Shown here: positions 8,992 to 19,500 of the stretch, one piece after another
How the letters are laid out: each line of letters begins with the position of its first letter
Position numbering within the stretch: the first letter of the stretch is position 1
Virus record (IMG/VR): IMGVR_UViG_3300030372_003937
Span: 1 to 35,381 of that record
Reading direction: 5' to 3' (one strand)
Source: a virus
Taxonomy: Duplodnaviria > Caudoviricetes
Length of the DNA stretch: 35,381 bases
Notes under the pieces: model-generated
The model's input: only the letters and a program-made list of their open reading frames with translations
Database searches by the model: none
Told to the model about the DNA's origin: nothing
Translations under genes and position numbers: made by a program

Positions 8992-11283
8992 ATGCCATTA
9001 GCTAAAATAAACTTTAGACCAGGCGTTAATAGAGAAACTACTAGTTATGCCTCTGAAAATGGCTGGTTTAATTCAAATTTAATTCGCTTTAGAAAAGGAC
9101 GACCTGAAAAGTTAGGCGGGTGGGTTCGTCTTAGCAGTAATCTTATTGAAGGGGTAGGAAGATCTCTTCATGTGTGGTCTTCTTTTGCGGGTGCTAAATT
9201 TATGGGTTTAGGCACTCAGTTTAAATTTTATATAGAACAAGGTGGTGGATATAACGATATAACTCCTATTAGAGCAACAACTGCATTAGGATCAAATCCT
9301 CTTACGACAGGTTCTGCGGGTAGTGGTGTAATTACAGTTTCTGCTCCATCACATGGAGCTGTTAACGGAGATTTTGTGACTCTTAGCGGTGCCACTACAA
9401 CAGATGGCATAAATTCATCTTTAATAAATGCTGAACATCAGATAACTCTTATTAATTCTGATTCTTATACCATATCTACAACAGGATCAGCTTCTTCAGG
9501 TAGCACTGCGGGTGGTGGTTCTTCTGTGGTAGCTGTTTATCAGATAAACACAGGTCTTGAAACTGTTATAGCAGGAAATGGTTGGGGTGCAGGTTCTTGG
9601 TCAGGATATTCTACAGGGTATTCTCAGACTACCTTAAATGATTCTGGTGGAATTAGTAATTCTGATACTTCTTTTACTTTAACAAGTGCTTCAAACTTCG
9701 AAACAGCAAGCACAACAACATCTTCTAATCGAACAGCATCTGATACTACAATACCTGTTGCGGATTCTTCAGGTTTTCCTAGTAAAGGCACCATTAAAAT
9801 AGGTAGTGAGAACATTCGATATGGAAGTAATGTTAACAATATATTTGGTGATATAATAAGAGGAGATGATGGGACCACCGCCGCTAGTTCATCTAGCGGT
9901 GATACGGTTACTTTTGTTGGTCTCATATTAATTGATGATGAATTAATTCAGTATACAGGCAAATCATCTAATACGATTGATGCAGGAGTTGTTAGAGGAG
10001 TTCGAGGAACTACAGCCGTATCTCATAGTGACGGAGTAGTTGTTAAAGAGGCAAATGACTTTATTGGATGGGGAGATGCTTCTTCTACTTCAGCAGAAGT
10101 TGGATCTAATATTCGTTTGTGGTCACAAGATAATTATGAAGAAGATTTATTATTTAATGCCTTTGATGGAACACCTTATTTTTGGGATCAAACATTAGGT
10201 GTGGGTAATCGTGCTTCCAGCCTTGCTTCTCAATCTGGTGCTTCTGATGCTCCTACTATAACAAGAAGAATAATGGTTGGACCAAAACAGCATGTTCTTT
10301 GTTTTGCTTGTAATCCTTTAGGAGGATCCGATCAGGACATGTTACTTGTTCGCTGGTCTAATACTGTCAATGACAATATTTTTGATTGGACCCCTACTGT
10401 TACAGGAAATGCGGGAGATTTACACGTTTCATCTGGTTCTGAAATTATAACGGCACAAAAAACTCGTCAGGAAGTTTTAATTTGGACAGATACATCTCTT
10501 CATTCTTTAGCTCATGTAGGAGGGGAAAATGTATTTTCTCTGAATATGGTTGCAAATAACGTTTCCATATTAGGACCAAATGCAGCAACAACTGTTGGAG
10601 ATAAAGTATTCTGGATTGATCGTGAAAACTTTTACGCTTATACAGGTAGCGTTCAAACAATTCCATGCACTCTTTTGAGATATGTTTTTGATGACATAAA
10701 TCTTGAACAAAACTTTAAATGTTTTGCCGCTTCTAATAAAATGTTCGATGAGGTTTTTTGGTTTTATCCCAGTGCTAGTTCATTAGAGATAGATCGCTAT
10801 GTAAAGTATAACTTTACAGAAAATACTTGGGATTTGGGAACTTTATCTCGAACTGCTTGGGTTGACTATGGTCTACATGATAATCCTAGAGCCTGTGGAC
10901 AAAACTCAAGCGGTACAAATTTTGTGTATGTTCATGAAAGCGGTAACAATGATGACGGATCAGCAATGACTTCTTTTATTGAGTCTTCTGATTTTGATCT
11001 TGGAGATGGAGAACAGTTTATGTTTGTAGATCGTCTCATACCCGATATTGATATTACAAGTTCAGATTCAACTGCTTCTGTCAATTATATTTTAAAGACA
11101 AGAAACTTTCCAGGAGACAGTCTTTCAACAACCTCAACTAACGAAATTACTTCAACAACTCAACAATCGTTTATTCGTAGCAGATCAAGACAAGCTGTTG
11201 TTAGAATTGAAAGTAATGTAACAGATTTAACATGGACATTGGGTGATTTACGCCTAAATATTCGTCCAGATGGCAGACGTTAA
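8992..11283 (+). CDS. Tail nozzle / DNA-stabilisation protein (P22 gp10-like) with inserted domains
   Basis: 763 aa; RFRKGRPEKLGGW N-terminus, propeller-like repeats (LVRWSN, VLIWTD, EVFWFYPS, LSRTAW), C-terminal LRLNIRPDGRR. Confidence 0.75.
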   Translation: MPLAKINFRPGVNRETTSYASENGWFNSNLIRFRKGRPEKLGGWVRLSSNLIEGVGRSLHVWSSFAGAKFMGLGTQFKFYIEQGGGYNDITPIRATTALGSNPLTTGSAGSGVITVSAPSHGAVNGDFVTLSGATTTDGINSSLINAEHQITLINSDSYTISTTGSASSGSTAGGGSSVVAVYQINTGLETVIAGNGWGAGSWSGYSTGYSQTTLNDSGGISNSDTSFTLTSASNFETASTTTSSNRTASDTTIPVADSSGFPSKGTIKIGSENIRYGSNVNNIFGDIIRGDDGTTAASSSSGDTVTFVGLILIDDELIQYTGKSSNTIDAGVVRGVRGTTAVSHSDGVVVKEANDFIGWGDASSTSAEVGSNIRLWSQDNYEEDLLFNAFDGTPYFWDQTLGVGNRASSLASQSGASDAPTITRRIMVGPKQHVLCFACNPLGGSDQDMLLVRWSNTVNDNIFDWTPTVTGNAGDLHVSSGSEIITAQKTRQEVLIWTDTSLHSLAHVGGENVFSLNMVANNVSILGPNAATTVGDKVFWIDRENFYAYTGSVQTIPCTLLRYVFDDINLEQNFKCFAASNKMFDEVFWFYPSASSLEIDRYVKYNFTENTWDLGTLSRTAWVDYGLHDNPRACGQNSSGTNFVYVHESGNNDDGSAMTSFIESSDFDLGDGEQFMFVDRLIPDIDITSSDSTASVNYILKTRNFPGDSLSTTSTNEITSTTQQSFIRSRSRQAVVRIESNVTDLTWTLGDLRLNIRPDGRR

Positions 11284-11450
11284 TGGTAAAACTTTTAGAA
11301 CAATCAATGCCTTTAGCTCCTTCAGAGTATGATTCAGTTACTTTTGTAAGGATTTTAAGAGATTTAGAGATGGCATTAACAAAAATAGAGTTTCCAGAAC
11401 AAATTACGAGTCAAGATGACAATAATAGTTTAACTTGGTTTATGGAATAA
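11283..11450 (+). CDS. Small hypothetical virion protein (55 aa, not in ORF track)
   Basis: MVKLLEQSMPLAPSEYDSVTFVRILRDLEMALTKIEF...LTWFME; TAATG overlaps at both ends fill the gap exactly. Confidence 0.75.
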   Translation: MVKLLEQSMPLAPSEYDSVTFVRILRDLEMALTKIEFPEQITSQDDNNSLTWFME

Positions 11451-11770
11451 TGGCTAATATCTATAAAAATGTAGCAACAGTAGTTGGATCGACAGGAGAT
11501 GTCACAATTTATACTTGTCCGACAGCAACAACAGCTTTGATTAAGAACTTAAATCTTTATAATAGTCATTCTGGAACTATTGTGGTATTTCCTAAGATAA
11601 CTGATAGTTCTGCATCGGCAACTGCTATATTAGAAAAAGCTAGTATTGCCGCAGATGCTGATACGTCTCTCTCCGGACCTTTTGTTTTAGAGTCTGGTGA
11701 TACGCTGAAATTAAACTGTGATACAGCTTCGAAGATTAATGCCTTCGCCAGCGTTTTGGAGATTTCTTAA
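11450..11770 (+). CDS. Small beta-sandwich virion protein
   Basis: Start moved to coupled ATG 11450 (MANIYKN...IYTCP...FVLESGDTLK...SVLEIS). Confidence 0.65.
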   Translation: MANIYKNVATVVGSTGDVTIYTCPTATTALIKNLNLYNSHSGTIVVFPKITDSSASATAILEKASIAADADTSLSGPFVLESGDTLKLNCDTASKINAFASVLEIS

Positions 11771-11772
11771 CT

Positions 11773-13269
11773 ATGATGACAGATACTTCTCCCAAGTTTT
11801 CAGGTGAACCTAATGCACAAGTTTTAGCTAATGGTTTAGCTACTTTAGGCCGTTATGGTGATAACTATATGGTTCACGCTGCAGAAGGTGAAACTGTTGT
11901 ACCCAAAGAAGTATTAGATGCAAATCCGGGTTTAAAAGAGGATTTGTTTAAACAAATGATAACAATGGGTATTAAAAACCCAGATCGTTATGTGGTGGGC
12001 AATCAACTTAATTCAATCAATCCTATAACAGGTCAGCCTGAGTTTTTCTTTAAAAAAATATTTAAAGCCGTTAAAAAGGTTGCTAAAAAGATTTTACCTG
12101 TTGCGGCTCCATTCATAGGTAATGCGATTGCTCCTGGTATTGGTGGCATTATTGCATCAGGATTAACCACTTCTTTAACAGGTGGTTCTGCATCAGACGT
12201 TCTTAAATCCATGGCTCTTAGTTATGGTCTCGGAGCTCTTGGTCAAGGAGTTTCGGGTGCAAGGAGTCCTACAGGCACTTTTCTAGGTGGTCTTAGTAAA
12301 GGTTTTACAGAACCTTTTACTGCGTTAAGTAATCTTGCTTCTTCTGGCCCTTCAAATCCGTTGGCACAGGGCATCTTTGGTCCTGCATTATTTGGTTCTA
12401 CTCCCATAGGTTCATCAGGTGGTATTATTAGTGGTAGTTCTGGCGGTACTTTGATTGGTTCTGGTGGTTCTGGTGGTGCTACTGATAATCTTGGTTCTAG
12501 ATTATTTCCTCCTACAGGAGGGATGTCTGCTGAAAACCTTAGTCGTCTTCAAGTTAGAAAACCTTTCTATCCCACGCTAGAATCTCAAAGATTCTCTACA
12601 CCTTTCTATCCCACGCTAGAATCTCAAAGATTATCTACACCTTTAGAACCAACAAGAGGAGGTGGATCAACACTAGCTTATGAAAAAATAGCACCATCTA
12701 CTTCATCTATTCCATCATTAAAGAAAGCTCAAGAAGCAACTAAAGAAGCAACTGAAAAAGGTTTGTTAGAGCGTTTTGGCAGTTTTATAACAGGGGATAA
12801 ATTAACAGGAACACCTGCAAGTTTAGCTGGAGCAGGAGCTCTTGGTATAGGAGCCTATTTAGCTGCAGATGCTTTAACTCCTGATGAATTAAGTGTAGCA
12901 GAACAGCTTGAGAGGTTACCAGATAGTCCAAAAAGAAGAGCTTATGAACAATGGAAAGGTATACAGGATAAGAGTTCTCCTGCCGCACAATCATTAAAAA
13001 ATGTTTGGTATGGCACACCTTCTTACAGTGCTTCTCAATTAGCAAGTATGTTTAATGCGAATCCTCTATCTAACATAACAGAGGTAGCGGGTGGAGGAGA
13101 AATCGTAGGACCAGGAACAGGTACTTCGGATAGTATTCCTGCAATGCTTTCTGATGGTGAATTTGTAATGACAGCAAAAGCAGTGAGAAATGCTGGAAAT
13201 GGAGATAGAGACTTAGGAGCCGCAAGAATGTATGATATGATGAATAGGTTTGAGAAAGGAACAGCATAA
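11773..13269 (+). CDS. Internal virion / ejection protein
   Basis: 498 aa; LGRYGD..MVHAAEGETVVP, INPITGQPEF, cationic amphipathic helix, Gly-rich hydrophobic segments, C-terminal GPGTGTSDSIPAMLSDGEFV motif also known from tape-measure proteins. Confidence 0.65.
   Translation: MMTDTSPKFSGEPNAQVLANGLATLGRYGDNYMVHAAEGETVVPKEVLDANPGLKEDLFKQMITMGIKNPDRYVVGNQLNSINPITGQPEFFFKKIFKAVKKVAKKILPVAAPFIGNAIAPGIGGIIASGLTTSLTGGSASDVLKSMALSYGLGALGQGVSGARSPTGTFLGGLSKGFTEPFTALSNLASSGPSNPLAQGIFGPALFGSTPIGSSGGIISGSSGGTLIGSGGSGGATDNLGSRLFPPTGGMSAENLSRLQVRKPFYPTLESQRFSTPFYPTLESQRLSTPLEPTRGGGSTLAYEKIAPSTSSIPSLKKAQEATKEATEKGLLERFGSFITGDKLTGTPASLAGAGALGIGAYLAADALTPDELSVAEQLERLPDSPKRRAYEQWKGIQDKSSPAAQSLKNVWYGTPSYSASQLASMFNANPLSNITEVAGGGEIVGPGTGTSDSIPAMLSDGEFVMTAKAVRNAGNGDRDLGAARMYDMMNRFEKGTA
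12561..12638 (+). repeat. 39-bp tandem duplication (PFYPTLESQRxST x2)
   Basis: 12561-12599 and 12600-12638 differ at one base. Confidence 0.9.
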
Positions 13270-14288
13270 TGGCTGACACTGTAACAGAACAAATTGTACG
13301 CCAAGCTCCTTTTCTGGAAGAGTTTCAAAAGAAACTATTGGAGTCAAGTTTTGCTCGTGGAGAAACACCTGTAGACATACCCGCTGTTCAAGTAGCTTCT
13401 CTTGATCCTTTAACGCAACAGGCCATGGCAACGGCTGGGGGTATCGGTTCCTTTCAAGATTATATAACAGATGCTAGAGGAACTATTGGCACAGGATTAA
13501 GCACTCTGCAAAATGTAGGGTCAGGTGTTGATCAACTGTTCACAGATGCTGCAACTCAAGCGGCTGGAACAGCACAGACTTTTGACCCAACGGGCATTGC
13601 TTCTTTTATGGATCCGTATCAGCAAGCTGTTACACAAAATGCTCTTGCAGAAATGAATCGACAAGCAGAAATACAGCGTAGGGCTTTAAGAGACAGAGCT
13701 GATCAGGTAAGTCCCACACGTGGAAGTCGTTTTGCTCTTCAGGAAGCTGAATTAGGAAGAAACCTAGCAGATATACAAAGCCGTAGAATTTTTGAAGATT
13801 TAAGTCGTAATTACAATCAGGCACAAAATGCTGCCCAGACTGCCTTTGAAAATCAACAGCGTAGGCAACAAGGAGTTTCTCAATTGCTAGGTGGTTTAGG
13901 ATCTGCTCGAGGAACAGAAGCTGTTCGTTTGGGAGGCGGTATTGCTGGATTAGGTACAGCTCAAGCTAACTTAGGTAGTGCAGGTGCAAATCTTTTGTCG
14001 CAACAAGCGCAACTTGAATCACAATTAGGAGCTCTAGGTCAGACTCAAGCACAAAGACAGCTTGATGCTGCCAGACAAACACAGCTTCAACAGGCTTATG
14101 AACCGTTTCAGCGTATTGGTTTTATGAGTGATATATTCAAGCCTCAGATAGGTTCTTCTGCATCTACATTAGCTGTGGGTACAGCACCACAGCCAAGTCC
14201 TTTATCACAGGCTATAGGATTAGGTATTGGTGCTCTTGGTATAAATAAAGCTTTAGAAAACCCATTAGGTGGATTGTTTGGATCATAA
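13269..14288 (+). CDS. DNA ejection/pilot protein (Gln/Ala-rich coiled coil)
   Basis: 339 aa; FMDPYQQAV motif, Q-rich helices, C-terminal Gly-rich hydrophobic segment. Confidence 0.65.
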   Translation: MADTVTEQIVRQAPFLEEFQKKLLESSFARGETPVDIPAVQVASLDPLTQQAMATAGGIGSFQDYITDARGTIGTGLSTLQNVGSGVDQLFTDAATQAAGTAQTFDPTGIASFMDPYQQAVTQNALAEMNRQAEIQRRALRDRADQVSPTRGSRFALQEAELGRNLADIQSRRIFEDLSRNYNQAQNAAQTAFENQQRRQQGVSQLLGGLGSARGTEAVRLGGGIAGLGTAQANLGSAGANLLSQQAQLESQLGALGQTQAQRQLDAARQTQLQQAYEPFQRIGFMSDIFKPQIGSSASTLAVGTAPQPSPLSQAIGLGIGALGINKALENPLGGLFGS

Positions 14289-14290
14289 AC

Positions 14291-16576
14291 ATGAGAAGAA
14301 GATCACCAGTTAGGTCTGTTTTAGCGGAACGTAAAATGTTTGCGGGTGGTGGTATGCTACCTATAAGCACTCCTATGAAAAAAGAACCTTCGGGAATATT
14401 AGCCTCTTCAGAACCGTTGATAGACGCTGTTTCTCAGGAGATCCTTGCACCAATGACGGGCGGTGCAATGCCCATGGCCCAAGGTGGTATTGCACGTTTT
14501 CAGCGTGGCGGTGGTGCTATTAGTTTGGGTCAAGCTCCTGATATGGATATGTCCTTTCTTCCTGATTTTAAATCTTCTGTTGAAAGATTTAATAAAATGA
14601 TTGATTCAGGAGCTTTTAGAACGCAACCTACCGTAGCCGAAACTGTTATTGAAACAGCTCCTCCGCCTACGGATATGTCCTTTCTTCCTAATTTTAAATC
14701 TTCTGTTGAAAGATTTAATAAAATGATTGACTCAGGAGCTTTTAGGACGCAACCGCAAGAAAGAGAAGAAAGTGGTGCACAGCCTCCTTCTACAGAACAG
14801 CCTCTTTCTACAGATTTGACAGGAACACCATCTTTTAGGTCAAGAAGAGACATAGATGCTGATATATCGGTTCCTTCTACTTTAGATTTGACAGGAACAC
14901 CATCTTTTAGGTCAAGAAGAGACATAGATGCTGAAAATCTTGGAGGTGATGTTACTCAAGTTGGAATGAATACTGATGATGAATTAGTAAAACAAGAAAA
15001 TGTAGATCTTGGAGATGATTCGAGTATTAAAAAAGATAATACTTTTAACTTAAGCGATTGGCTAAAACAAAATCCAGATAAATCTACTAAAACAGCTCCC
15101 AAAGATGTTGTTAATAATAGTATAGATTCTATTTTTTCAGATGCTTTTAAATCTCTTAAGGGTGAAAAATTTGATGTTAATAAATTTAAAAATGAAATTG
15201 AAGATTTGTTGCCTGAAACAAAAGAAGATCCTCAAATGGAGGGGTTATTAATAGCAATGTTAGGTGCTTCTATAGCTGGAGGTACTAGCGAAAATCCTCT
15301 TAAAAATATAAGTTCAGGTCTTACTCAAAGTATGCCCGCTTTACTTAATTTTAAAAATAAACAAAAAGAAAAACAAGATGCTAGAAATATGACGATTGCT
15401 AAACTTGCTATTGAAACAAAATTATCTAGAGAAGGTGAAAGAAGAAAAGATATTAAAGATTTAGAAGCTCAGAAGAGAGGTATTTCTATTGATCTATTTA
15501 AAGCTAGTGAGGCTGATAGAATAGCTAAAGAAAGAGAAGATAGAGTAACTGGAAATTACATGGTGGTTAGAAATACTACTCTTCCAGGAAAAAGTTTTGA
15601 TCCTAAAGCTCCAGAAAATAGTGTCGTTAATATACCTTTTAACACAAAAATGAATATATCAAAAGGAGAGGCACAACGTCTTCAAGGAATGGGCATACCT
15701 ATATTTGAAGTTGGAAAACCTTCTTTTGAAATAGGTGATCTTCTTGCCAGTACTACGCCAGCGTCTGGCCTTAAAGGTTTATCACCTACAGAAATTAACA
15801 AGCTTCTTAAAACAGAAAAGACTGAACTTTTTAAATTTGGATCAGAGGCTGGAATAAAAGCAGATTATTATCTTCCGACAGCGTTAGGTTTATCAAGAAA
15901 TATTACTGACCCCTTCATGAGTGACCAACAATGGTCTTCTATATTTTTAAAGTATAGGGACTATCGTAAGAAATTTGAAAGACTCGGTGACAAACTTAAT
16001 GTTTTATACGATGCAGCTAGATCTGGAAAACTTACAGGTGTAAAAGGTTTGAGAGGGCGAATTGGTGATAGCCTAAGAGGTTTAGGAAATCTTAAATATG
16101 CTAAAAAATTTGCAGATGCACTATTAGATAATGAAAAGTTATCAGCAGGTGGTGTATTTGATGTAAATGCTAGACTTGTTTTGGCGGAAATTGCTCCCTT
16201 TATACTAGGGGAGAGTGGAAGGACTATATCCGATACAGATAGAGTCCGAGTGGCTAAATCTTTAGGCTATGAAGCAAGCTTAGAGGACGGTGTAATGTAT
16301 ATTACAGGGTTTGATAGTAATTTACTAACAAGTCCTGAACAAATAAAAGCTGCATTAAAAGAAATTACGGGTGTAATCAATAGGTACATCGAACTAGGAG
16401 ATAGTGAGATGCAACAGGCTATGATTAAGTATGGTAGAATTACTGATGAACAGACCAGCCAAATATTACAGAGTGTTTCTAAAGAACGACTTTCTGAAAT
16501 GAAAGATGAAGTAAAGGCTAATCAAGCAAAAAGAAAAATTGATGTTGTAGATTTAGATTTGACGCAAGGTCTGTAG
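14291..16576 (+). CDS. Large internal virion / ejection protein
   Basis: 761 aa; MAQGG-type motifs, repeated N-terminal blocks, LLIAMLGASIAGG segment followed by coiled coil. Confidence 0.6.
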   Translation: MRRRSPVRSVLAERKMFAGGGMLPISTPMKKEPSGILASSEPLIDAVSQEILAPMTGGAMPMAQGGIARFQRGGGAISLGQAPDMDMSFLPDFKSSVERFNKMIDSGAFRTQPTVAETVIETAPPPTDMSFLPNFKSSVERFNKMIDSGAFRTQPQEREESGAQPPSTEQPLSTDLTGTPSFRSRRDIDADISVPSTLDLTGTPSFRSRRDIDAENLGGDVTQVGMNTDDELVKQENVDLGDDSSIKKDNTFNLSDWLKQNPDKSTKTAPKDVVNNSIDSIFSDAFKSLKGEKFDVNKFKNEIEDLLPETKEDPQMEGLLIAMLGASIAGGTSENPLKNISSGLTQSMPALLNFKNKQKEKQDARNMTIAKLAIETKLSREGERRKDIKDLEAQKRGISIDLFKASEADRIAKEREDRVTGNYMVVRNTTLPGKSFDPKAPENSVVNIPFNTKMNISKGEAQRLQGMGIPIFEVGKPSFEIGDLLASTTPASGLKGLSPTEINKLLKTEKTELFKFGSEAGIKADYYLPTALGLSRNITDPFMSDQQWSSIFLKYRDYRKKFERLGDKLNVLYDAARSGKLTGVKGLRGRIGDSLRGLGNLKYAKKFADALLDNEKLSAGGVFDVNARLVLAEIAPFILGESGRTISDTDRVRVAKSLGYEASLEDGVMYITGFDSNLLTSPEQIKAALKEITGVINRYIELGDSEMQQAMIKYGRITDEQTSQILQSVSKERLSEMKDEVKANQAKRKIDVVDLDLTQGL
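14545..14754 (+). repeat. 84-bp direct repeat, 126-bp period
   Basis: 14545-14628 vs 14671-14754, three mismatches (DMSFLPxFKSSVERFNKMIDSGAFRTQP). Confidence 0.9.
14812..14934 (+). repeat. 51-bp exact direct repeat, 72-bp period
   Basis: 14812-14862 equals 14884-14934 (DLTGTPSFRSRRDIDA). Confidence 0.9.
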
Positions 16577-16578
16577 AA

Positions 16579-19500
16579 ATGAGTGTAATTAGTATAAAAA
16601 CACCTAATGGCTTAAAAAGAGTTCGTATCAGCGGGGATGTTCCTACATCCGATGAATTAGATAAAATAAAACAAGCTTACCCAGATTCATCTGGACAAGG
16701 TTTTAACTATGACATAATAGGTCAATCAGAGACAATGGAACAAGAAACTCTTCCTGAACCTGTTGGAGAAGCACAAAGTGCAAAACTTCGTTTTCAAGTT
16801 GCTCGAATGGACAATGATGAAGAAAAACAAAATCTTTTAAATCAATTATTAGGAGAAGGAACTACCGAAAGAGTTTCTCAAGACACTTTTGTAATTGATC
16901 AATCAAAAGTAAGTCCTGAAATACGAGAAAGATATGGGTTTTCTGATACGGGTAGAATTTACCTAGATGAACCAGGTTTTACTTTTAATGACCTTATAGA
17001 TTTTGGAGGAGAGGCTGGTCCTGAAGTTGCTACGGCAATAGGTGCTAGTTTAGCATCTACAGGAGTTGGAATAATTCCTGGAATGCTTATAGTAGGAGCG
17101 GCGGCTGGAGCTACAAAAGCTGTTGATGAACTTATTGAATATTCACAAGGATTAAATCGTCAATCTGCTGGCGAAGTTGCAGGTATGATTGCAACAAGTG
17201 CTGTTTCAAATGCTCTTTTTGAAGGAGGAGGACGTTTACTAGCTAAAGGAATAGGTCGCTTAATTAAAGGTCCAGGACCTGAAATTTCAGCAGCAAGATT
17301 AAAAGAATTAGAAGAGTCAGGAAAATTTAAAAGTTCTTTTTTTGAACCAGGTGTTACGGCAAAACAAGCTGCAAGAGAGGAAGCTTCTGCTGATTTTTCT
17401 AGATTAATATCAGAAGGTGCAAAACCTACGATACAAGCTGCTACGGGCAAATCTTTGGCGGCTAGAACTTTAGCTGTAAATGAAAAAATAGCTCCTAATC
17501 CTAATGTTGGTAGAGCTAATTTTGGCTATGTGCAAGATACTTTAAAAAAATTAGATAAAGGAATATTAAGCGAAGAACAAGCTTTAAAAATGTTAGCTGA
17601 CAATAACTCTGCTATAGCAAGAAATATTGCTTCGGAGTTGGCTGATCCAGATAAAGCTTTTAAACTATCACAAAAACATCTTAATGACATTGTAAAAAAA
17701 GAACTTGCTGAATATGAAGCAAGATTTGTCCCCTCTAAAAAAGTGCCAGAGTTATTTACCGACAATCTTCAACTTGCCGCTACGTTATTTAAAACAGAGG
17801 CTAATAATTTATATGATGTTGCTGAAAAAACTATTGGTGGTAAAGCAATATTTGATATTAAACCCATAGTTGACACAATTGATAATTTAGCTAAAGATAA
17901 TCCTTTTGTTCAATATGGTGGTGCTTTATTCGATACAATTAAAAAAAGAGCTTCAGAAGGGGGAATGGGAATTGGAGAATTACAACAGTTAAGATCTGCT
18001 CTTAGATCAGCTCGAGGAGATACTGATCTTGTTTCTAGTGCTGCTCAAGGAGGAATTGGAAGAGTCATTAATTCTGTCGATGAATTAATGGATGCAAAAC
18101 AAATTGAATTAGCTAAAGCATCCGTTGATGGTTTTCAAACTTTAAAGCATCCTGTGGGAGCTGTTGACTCTGCTGGAAATAAGATAGGGGGACAGTATTA
18201 TAAAGTTGACATGGGACCAACTGAATTAGCAGATCTTAGAAAAGGTCTAGATGAGTGGTCTAAATCAAATAAATTTTTTAGAGAAGGACAAGAAACTTTT
18301 AATAATACGGCTGTAAATACTATTCTTAAACAAGCAAAAGACAAATTTTTTACTAGTAATATTGATGTGTTAAATTCAATTGTCCAACCAGGTAACGCTC
18401 CTAAATTAGCAATGTATTTAAACGCTGTAACCCCAACAAAAAATATGACTCAAAAACTAGCTTCTCCTGGTGCAAACAATTTAATAAATAATGTTAAACA
18501 ATTAGTAGAAGCAGATAAATTTACTGCAGCGGAAGAACTTGTAGCAGGTTCTGGTTTAGACGGTATAATACCTAAAATCAGAGGTTTTATGGATGATCTT
18601 CCTGCAGAAGATGTTTTTAGAGTATCTCAGAAAAAAGCTTATCTTAAAGAGTTAGATAATTTATCTCAACTAGCTGAATCAGGAATTAATCCTCAATTAA
18701 TGAGAGAGTCTGTTAGAAATTCTTTAGCTAAAACTTGGATAGCTAAAACTAAAAGTTCAGCCACAGATAGTTTAAAAAAATTTAATCCTTCTGATTTTGC
18801 TTCAAAGTTTACGTCTTTAGGAGATGATCTTCAGAACACACTATTTGGAAAAGCCAACGCTCAATCTATGAGAGAGGCTATGGAAGCGTTTCAAGTAAAT
18901 TCTCTTGACGAAAATACAGCGGCTCAACTTTTTGAAGCGTTGCCTACTTTAACAAATCAATCTTTAAAAGCTCAAGTAAACACTTTAAAAGAAATTACAG
19001 AAAGAGCAACTTTAGAGTCTAAAGATGCTGTTTTATCTTCTATCAGATCAGGTAGGATAGATACACCTTCTAAGTTAGTATCTGGGTTGTTAGACAACCC
19101 TAATTCTTATAATAGATTAAAAACTGTTGTTGGAATTGATGAGTTAGAAAAAGCAGGTGGCGTAAAAGATATGGTTATGAATAACCTTATCCGTGGTTCC
19201 CTTGCTAAACCAGGTTTCAATGAGGCTACTATTCAAGGAGGTGAATGGGGAAGAGCATTAAAAGACGTAATATTAAAACAAAACAAAAATGGAGCTCTTA
19301 GCACTATACTTGGAGATGACGTAGTATCTAATCTTAATAAGTTATCTGACGATGCTATTAAAGTTTCAGATATTCCAATTAAAGGTTTTGGTGGTATTGC
19401 TGCTGCTCCTGCGGCTATAGCTTTAATAGCTCTTGCCGTGAAAGGATCTCTTATAACTGCTGGGACCAGTTTGGCTACTATCGTAGGTCTATCTAGATTT

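Noticed and set aside
12043-12066. TTTTTCTTTAAAAAAATATTTAAA as a -1 frameshift site
   Set aside because: No X-XXY-YYZ heptamer in the coding frame; the run is explained by the Phe/Lys-rich peptide.
14545-14754. Near-identical repeat pair as a diversity-generating retroelement TR/VR
   Set aside because: Both copies are in frame within one gene, the three mismatches are not confined to adenines of one copy, and no reverse transcriptase is present in the window.
265-17765. Numerous 60-130 aa antisense or out-of-frame ORFs over the structural genes
   Set aside because: Shadow ORFs of codon-biased genes, without SDs, coupling or motifs.
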